Below are positions 58,901 through 64,000 of a stretch of DNA of 64,000 nt, piece after piece. This DNA is from Candidatus Cloacimonadales bacterium (lineage in GTDB: Bacteria; Cloacimonadota; Cloacimonadia; Cloacimonadales; JAFGVF01), in assembly GCA_963678315.1 (NCBI GenBank), contig OY782781.1, forward strand, positions 64,001-128,000, in the 5' to 3' direction. The position numbers and the translations under genes were made by a program. Under the pieces are notes generated by a model that had not been told where the DNA came from, ran no database searches, and saw only the letters and a list, made by a program, of their open reading frames with translations. The first letter of the stretch is position 1. The number at the start of each line of letters is the position of its first letter.

Positions 58901-61341
58901 GACCAAATGGCATGATTGCTGCTTTCTGGGATGATATGCATATTGGCTCAAATTCTGGTATTTATACATACTATGATTCAGTTGAAGATGTCTTCATTAT
59001 AGAATGGGATAGAATGGTTAATGGTAACATCAGTCACAACGATGAAGAAACTTTCCAAATCATTCTTTACAACCCACAAAGATATGCAACAGCAATGAAT
59101 CAAGCACCAATTAAGATACAATATAAAGTATTTAACAATGTTGATAATGGTAACCCTGGTTCATATACCCCTTGGCATGGAAACTACGCTACTGTAGGTA
59201 TTGAGTCTCCTGATGGTTCAGATGGACTTGAATATACATATAACAATGTATATGCTCTATCTGCATCAACTATCACAAATGAATTTGCTCTCTATATTAC
59301 TACTAAAGAAATGGAATTAGTTCAACCTGCCCTACTTCTACAAGATACAAATATTATTGACCAAAACAATAATGGTGTTTTAGAAGCTGGTGAAAGTGTT
59401 GATATTTCTTTAGGTATCATTAATAGAGCTGTAATAGCTTTAGAAGATGTTACTGCTTCTATTACATGTAACAACCCAAATGTTAATATTGTAAATGGAT
59501 CTTCTGTTTATAACAATTTAGTACAGAATGAACTTCACTACAACCATGCATTTTTCAGTATTGAACTTAGCGAAGATGTTGAAGTTGGTGATGTTGTTAA
59601 CTTAGATGTTTTAGTTGAAGGTAATGATAACTTTAGAACACATTTTGAAGTTGTCCTTGAAGTTCAAGGTTCAGATTTCATTATCAATGACATTTATATA
59701 AATGACTATTCAGAAACAGGTAATTGTAACAATATTCCTGAAGCTGGTGAAACAATCAACCTAGTTGTTGAATTTACTAATACATCTTCAATTGATGCTT
59801 CTATCGATGATTTTGTTATTCTTTCAAATGACCCTGATTTAGTCATTGAAGATATGTTACTAGCTGATAAGAGAGTAGCTGCTCATAAAACTAGACAGTA
59901 TATAATTCCTGCTCAAATATCTGCTACAGCGGCAGCAAACCAAGCTTTTACTGTTGATATAAGCTTGGATACTGCAACAGGATCTATTCAAGAAGAATAT
60001 GAATTCATTCTTAATCAATCAGGTTTTGAGTACGATTTTGAAAGTGATAATGAAATGGAACTTAATGGTGCATGGTCAGTTGGTATTTCTAATCAATATG
60101 GCTCACATAGTGCCCAACATATATTAGCTGTTTCTCACAGCGGAGACTACCAAAATCACTTAGATGATATTGCTTGGACTGAAGAAATTTCTGTTAATGG
60201 TTCAACAATGTTATCTTTCTGGCATAGATATGACTTTGAGAGTAATTATGATGGCGGTCAATTAGTTGTTAAAGTTGTAGGTAATAATACTTACCAAGCA
60301 ATTACTCCTCAAGGTGGCTACAACAATCCAAGTGTTTCAGCTCTTGGGGGTCCTGGTTACTCAGGTTCATCATCTAGTTCATGGACTCAAGTTGATGTTG
60401 ATTTAGCTTCTCAATATGAAGGACAAACTGTTAAACTTGGTTTCAGAGCTGCATCTGACTTCACAGTTACCGCAAATGGCTGGTTCATCGATGATATTGC
60501 TATTACCGGAACAACCATAGATTCTTATCTTGTTGAAGGAAATATCACACTTGTTGCTGGTGAAAATTCCGTTAATAACGTATATGTTGAAACTGAAGAC
60601 TATATGACATATCCTGATGTTGATGGAAACTTTAAATTAGTTCTTCCTTACGGAGAATATGATGTTACTAATTCATTAGCTGGATATTCAACAAAAGTTT
60701 CTACAGTTTCTGAACTTACAAGTAATACCCTTCAATCAATTACAGAAGAATTAACTTATTTAGAAAAAGCTGATAACCTCACTAAAGAAGAAAACAACGA
60801 ACTAATCACATTATCTTGGGATTATACAGATGATATTGATGATGTTCTTACTAACTTCCAAATTCTAAGAAAGTACTATACTGGAGATTGGGAAGTTAAA
60901 GGCACTACAGAAAATACAACTTATGTAGATACTATTCTTGTTAATGGTGATTATCAATATAAAGTTGTGGCTGTTTATGGACAAGATATGTCTCATGATT
61001 CAAATATCATAGCATTCACTTTTGAGAATGGTGTTGATAATGAGAATGATATTCATCCTGTAATAGTTAATTCACTAAGCAAGAACTACCCTAATCCATT
61101 CAACCCTGAAACTACTATCAACTTCTCAATTAATGAGCCTGGTAAAGTCGAGCTAAATGTCTATAATATTAAAGGACAGTTAGTAAAAACTCTAGTTAAT
61201 GACTTCAGATCTAGTGGTTCTCATAGTGTTGTATGGCATGGTAAAAATAACAATAATAAGTCAGTTGCTTCAGGAGTCTATTTCTATAGAATCAAAACTG
61301 ACAACTACACAAAAACACATAAAGCTATCCTTATGAAATAG
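55909..61341 (+). CDS. Peptidase C25 (gingipain-like) multidomain secreted protein with C-terminal FlgD-Ig domain
   Basis: C25 propeptide (GYPMLP, RDLRV, PFQYN), YVILLGD, DYPY...GD...DVFIGRMS, LIGDP; GPDAFGY, YDGG; NYPNPFNPETTI tail. Confidence 0.9.
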   Translation: MMKKNLLSLLILFISVGLFSAPNMEYDVNESFKVLDESENEIIVEFNLPEYDISAMNVKGQKFTLIDSKNQTYTTQTGYPMLPKYGTGIAVPYQGEVKAEVLSQDFDMLSIGEIYPSQEEGFVTNPENFINKNYEGFFPVNNLESSEPFIVRDLRVSPLVINPFQYNEAKKVLKVTRSVKVKLTIDSNVQGFNEMEQPQKFSSAFFNLYESTILNFDRDSMQRNAQDNANILVIHKESSDTQFNQKLEQYFKFKLQKGYNLKIADTGEIGSTSATGIKNYIAGLYDGQVFRPDYVILLGDVSGTLGIPTHNPNYADSAEGDYPYTFLAGDDFAGDVFIGRMSIDNSGDLARYYGKMRSFELLTNSSNDDYLSRMLLVGDTDPSGESTVNNCKFVKQTASRIYPDYEYTEIYNDSPNPALMNQAINMGVGIYVYRGYIGMSSWNPGSSQVNIDKLNHAVINTCATGNFASTATTEAYMNMGTEAAPKGGVTAIGMATASTHTSFNNSLTGGIFHGIMNHHQRTMGEALLTGKLTTYIVYKDSDMDDVKKFTHWCNLIGDPTVDIYVGKAGYLEAENTGLYNDSNQLSFIIKDSQGRLVSDANVSLTTVAGEIVNTTSNNSGIATFTLNTVESVYQLTANKADYHPLQETINVDTASPIRISEVIIDDDAEGQSTGNGNGILEAGEEVELNFVMENLTPDVMSNVAIDISSINSKVEVLSNSTTITEIQGNSTSGLTENLVISLGSDLIEGELIAFYLNAGLGDENYNLIKTFQVSGNNIHLIDTDVTLTGVSFESNETATISATIKNMHPNTVTSANAYLQLDNGYFNVDTESIAIADLAQNSTQTLDFIISTDIDNIPGMTANAKLIIDNQTNIYFEDNFEVTFGTATADSPMGPDAFGYVIYDSNDTNYAQAPTYEWIEISSSLGGSGELLDITDSEASGEGDGVGANSTETVDLPFIFKYYGEDYDKITVCSNGFISMGENSNGEFRNYRLPGALGPNGMIAAFWDDMHIGSNSGIYTYYDSVEDVFIIEWDRMVNGNISHNDEETFQIILYNPQRYATAMNQAPIKIQYKVFNNVDNGNPGSYTPWHGNYATVGIESPDGSDGLEYTYNNVYALSASTITNEFALYITTKEMELVQPALLLQDTNIIDQNNNGVLEAGESVDISLGIINRAVIALEDVTASITCNNPNVNIVNGSSVYNNLVQNELHYNHAFFSIELSEDVEVGDVVNLDVLVEGNDNFRTHFEVVLEVQGSDFIINDIYINDYSETGNCNNIPEAGETINLVVEFTNTSSIDASIDDFVILSNDPDLVIEDMLLADKRVAAHKTRQYIIPAQISATAAANQAFTVDISLDTATGSIQEEYEFILNQSGFEYDFESDNEMELNGAWSVGISNQYGSHSAQHILAVSHSGDYQNHLDDIAWTEEISVNGSTMLSFWHRYDFESNYDGGQLVVKVVGNNTYQAITPQGGYNNPSVSALGGPGYSGSSSSSWTQVDVDLASQYEGQTVKLGFRAASDFTVTANGWFIDDIAITGTTIDSYLVEGNITLVAGENSVNNVYVETEDYMTYPDVDGNFKLVLPYGEYDVTNSLAGYSTKVSTVSELTSNTLQSITEELTYLEKADNLTKEENNELITLSWDYTDDIDDVLTNFQILRKYYTGDWEVKGTTENTTYVDTILVNGDYQYKVVAVYGQDMSHDSNIIAFTFENGVDNENDIHPVIVNSLSKNYPNPFNPETTINFSINEPGKVELNVYNIKGQLVKTLVNDFRSSGSHSVVWHGKNNNNKSVASGVYFYRIKTDNYTKTHKAILMK

Positions 61342-61371
61342 GATACTTATAAATCATATAAGAAATTGCTC

Positions 61372-61399
61372 AAGGCTGACCTAGTGTCAGCCTTTTTTT
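61372..61399 (+). terminator. Intrinsic terminator
   Basis: AAGGCTGAC-CTAGT-GTCAGCCTT plus T-run. Confidence 0.85.
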
Positions 61400-61456
61400 A
61401 TTTATCAAAAATCCAACTGGGAACGCCGTGCTACTAACCTCCATACTAAATATCTT

Positions 61457-61483
61457 CCTGCATTAAATCAGCTTTTATGCAGG
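61457..61483. repeat. REP-like palindrome family A core
   Basis: CCTGCATTAAATCAGCTTTTATGCAGG. Confidence 0.65.
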
Positions 61484-61546
61484 TGCCACTTGGGCAAGAA
61501 GGGAATTTTAGGCAAAGGTGTGTCAATAGAGGCATGGAGAATTTTT

Positions 61547-61842
61547 TACAATCTTACCTAGGTTTAAAAACCTAGGCTTTGGACAATTAATCCCTTCAGG
61601 ATGACTTCTGTGTAAGATTGAACAATACAAAACCCCAGAGGGGTAAATTGTGCAAAGCCCATGATTTCAATCATGGGTAAATAAAAATAAACATTAGATT
61701 CTAGTCCTGAAGGGACTTGAAAAGCTAACATAATAACAAGACAAGTACTTTCAGCACTAGCAAGAAAATCACTACAATCCTACCTAGGTTTAAAAAGCTA
61801 GGCTTTGGATAATTCATCCCTTCGGGATAACTTCTGGGTAAG
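61547..61842. repeat. BIME-like cluster of alternating-orientation double-hairpin repeats (family B)
   Basis: 70-bp direct repeats at 61547-61616 and 61773-61842 (7 mismatches), with an inverted related unit at 61631-61680. Confidence 0.85.
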
Positions 61843-62739
61843 CTAGTATCTAATTCCTTTCTTCTTATCAACGCTTTTCCAGCGTTTATGTACCCAGAAC
61901 CAAAGTTCAGGATATTCTTTAATCATGTTTTCTAAGGATTTGTTTAAACGGTCCATTACTTGGTAATCAGTCAGACCTTCTTGTTTAGGGAAAAACATCT
62001 CTTCAACAATTATCTTATGTTTTCCTTCTTTAGTTCTCACATGATACATAGGTATTATAGGTAAGTCTGCTTTTAAAGCTATTCTGGCAATGCCCATAAA
62101 TACAGATGCATCGAAACCAAGGAAAGGCATTACTTCACCATTACTCCTTGCATCTTGGTCCATAATAAAGAAGATTTTCCTATTGCCCTTGATAGCCTTG
62201 ACTATACCACGCATAGCCCTTTTTTGGTATATAACATCTAGTCCAAGATCAGCTCTATAATCAACAAAGAACTTGTCAAAGTATGGGTTTCTTTGCTTTT
62301 TAGCAATAGCACTTAGTTTGAAACCCCTTCTTAGTAAGAAGTAACCTAATAATTCCCAGTTTCCAAAATGGCCTGTTGAAATTAAAAAACTTTGTTCCAT
62401 TTGCAGAGCTTTATCAAAATTATCCAATCCAACAATTTCAATCTCATCAGCTATCTTATCTCTATCTGCTTTAAATATCTCATATATCATGAGTCCATAG
62501 TTTTGATACATACGTTTAGTAATATCATTTACTTCTTTATCAGTAAAATTAGGGAAACACCTTTTTAGTTGGAATTTAACAAGTTTCTTCCTAATTCCAA
62601 TTTTATAACCGAAAGTATTTGCGATAAAAAGAAGAAAATTTCGAACTTGTCTTTCAGAGAGGGTATTAATAATTCCCAACCCTAGCTTCATAAGAGTTCT
62701 TTCAAATCTATTCTTTCTCTCTTTTTTGCTAGCAGCCAT
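61843..62739 (-). CDS. Lipid A late acyltransferase (LpxL/HtrB family)
   Basis: GHFGNWEL, MDQD, YPELWFWVHKRWK. Confidence 0.9.
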   Translation of the reverse strand: MAASKKERKNRFERTLMKLGLGIINTLSERQVRNFLLFIANTFGYKIGIRKKLVKFQLKRCFPNFTDKEVNDITKRMYQNYGLMIYEIFKADRDKIADEIEIVGLDNFDKALQMEQSFLISTGHFGNWELLGYFLLRRGFKLSAIAKKQRNPYFDKFFVDYRADLGLDVIYQKRAMRGIVKAIKGNRKIFFIMDQDARSNGEVMPFLGFDASVFMGIARIALKADLPIIPMYHVRTKEGKHKIIVEEMFFPKQEGLTDYQVMDRLNKSLENMIKEYPELWFWVHKRWKSVDKKKGIRY

Positions 62740-62740
62740 A

Positions 62741-63670
62741 CTAGATTATATCCTCTTCGATAGATATAAATCTATTCTTGGTATTTTTCCTTGTTTGTGA
62801 AACTATCAATTCTCCAAGCAAGCCAATGGAAAAGAATTGAAAACCCACAAGTATTAATAACATTGTTAAAAATATAGCTGGTCTATTAGATAAATGCATA
62901 CCGAATGCGTACTTCATAACTGTTAGATATACACCAAGTAAGCCACCAATTATAGTAAAGATAGCACCAATCCCACCAAACAAATATAGTGGTGATCTAT
63001 TGAACTTAGTTATAAGCTTAACGGTTAGTAAATCAAGGAAGCCACGTAGATATCTTTCAATACCATACTTTGATTTGCCGTGTTCTCTAGCTCTATGATG
63101 AACAGGTATCTCAGCAACTTTAAATCCTTTGGCATGGGCCAAAGCAGGAACATATCTATGCATTTCGCCATAAATATCAAGTTCTGCTACTAAATCTTTT
63201 GTATAAGCTTTGAAACCACAATTATAATCATTGAGAGCAAGCTTAAATGTTCTTGACGTTACCCAGTTAAAGAGTTTGGAAGGAAGTCTTTTGGATAGAG
63301 GGTCTCTTCTTTTAACCTTCCAACCAGTAACCAAATCATTGCCTTCTTTTATCTTAGTAATAAAGTTATCTATTTCAGTAGGATTATCTTGTAAGTCTGC
63401 ATCCATGGTAAAAATTATATCACCTTGAGCTCTTTCAAAGCCAACTTGAAGGGCATAAGCTTTACCAAAATTACGTCTAAACTTTATATTTTTAACATTC
63501 TTATCTTGTTCAGCAAGTGACTTCATAATCTTATAACTTGAATCAGTAGAACCATCATCTATAAATAAGATTTCATATTCATACTTCTTGCAGTTTTCTT
63601 TAATCTCTCTATGTAGTTGTTGAAGAGAGCCTTCTTCATTTAAAGCAGGGATTACAAAAGAAAGTTTCAT
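62741..63670 (-). CDS. GT2 polyprenyl-phosphate glycosyltransferase (ArnC/GtrB-like)
   Basis: IPALNEE, DDGSTD, RNFGK, MDADLQD, two C-terminal TMs. Confidence 0.92.
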   Translation of the reverse strand: MKLSFVIPALNEEGSLQQLHREIKENCKKYEYEILFIDDGSTDSSYKIMKSLAEQDKNVKNIKFRRNFGKAYALQVGFERAQGDIIFTMDADLQDNPTEIDNFITKIKEGNDLVTGWKVKRRDPLSKRLPSKLFNWVTSRTFKLALNDYNCGFKAYTKDLVAELDIYGEMHRYVPALAHAKGFKVAEIPVHHRAREHGKSKYGIERYLRGFLDLLTVKLITKFNRSPLYLFGGIGAIFTIIGGLLGVYLTVMKYAFGMHLSNRPAIFLTMLLILVGFQFFSIGLLGELIVSQTRKNTKNRFISIEEDII

Positions 63671-63679
63671 CTAATCTCC

Positions 63680-64000
63680 TTATTTCATGAAATCGAAGAA
63701 CATCTTAGTTGTTAGCTTAGCAAACAGTTTTGGCTTTTTAAGAATAATCTCTTTGAAAATTCCATGAAAGCTCAGTTTATCGAGAGGAATCTCTCTTATA
63801 AAATCAAAATATTTGTTCAGTTTATCATTGTTTGCTTTAATAATTCTTTGTTTAATCAACTCTTCTATTTTTTCTTTATTTGAATTCTTTTTGAACCATT
63901 TAGTCTGATAAGATTTAAGTTTCTTATCACTTATACCTTTGTCACTAAAAGCACTAACAATAGCATCTCCACACAGTTTACCTGCTTCAATTGCAGTATC
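63680..64000 (-). CDS. C-terminus of an FAD-dependent geranylgeranyl-reductase-family oxidoreductase (partial)
   Basis: Manual translation DTAIEAGKLCGDAIVSAFSDKGISDKKLKSYQTKW...MFFDFMK*; open frame of 107 codons including the stop. Confidence 0.6.
   Translation of the reverse strand, partial: DTAIEAGKLCGDAIVSAFSDKGISDKKLKSYQTKWFKKNSNKEKIEELIKQRIIKANNDKLNKYFDFIREIPLDKLSFHGIFKEIILKKPKLFAKLTTKMFFDFMK

Noticed and set aside
2848..63428. Other short ORFs overlapping confident genes (e.g. 2848, 8073, 19231, 22306, 38356, 51086, 52619, 57834, 63231)
   Set aside because: They are shadow frames of well-supported CDSs with no independent signals.

Overview
AT-rich bacterial chromosome segment from an anaerobic diderm, probably Candidatus Cloacimonadota. 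That assignment is an inference from two secreted proteins ending in an NYPNPFNPETTI FlgD-Ig/T9SS-like domain, a gingipain-like C25 protein, lipid A genes and class III RNR. The housekeeping backbone is nrdD (partial), lpxH, cyclophilin, an FprA-ferritin-rubredoxin-Bcp oxidative-stress cluster, tRNA-Lys and tRNA-Glu, MATE, lemA/TPM genes, an Mla/MCE transporter, OTCase, pyrBC-K-D with a PyrR-like leader, a C25 protease and LPS genes. The accessory core (16.9-37.8 kb) holds three things. First, a type I R-M operon (hsdM-HEPN-MNT::hsdS-GmrSD-hsdR). Its hsdM carries an in-frame 579-bp cassette: a DUF559/Vsr-like nuclease bounded by perfect 29-bp inverted repeats. Solo and tandemly expanded copies of the same hairpin repeat sit in frame in three other loops of hsdM and hsdR. 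This is the best candidate for an undescribed system, a frame-preserving, protein-embedded mobile repeat/nuclease element. Second, a stand-alone NRPS with an internal formyltransferase and a Cys-type thioesterase. Third, an AlbA_2/Schlafen gene bracketed by a 57-bp duplication. Several families of structured intergenic repeats with compensatory base changes also occur. All calls come from manual motif reading; no searches were run.
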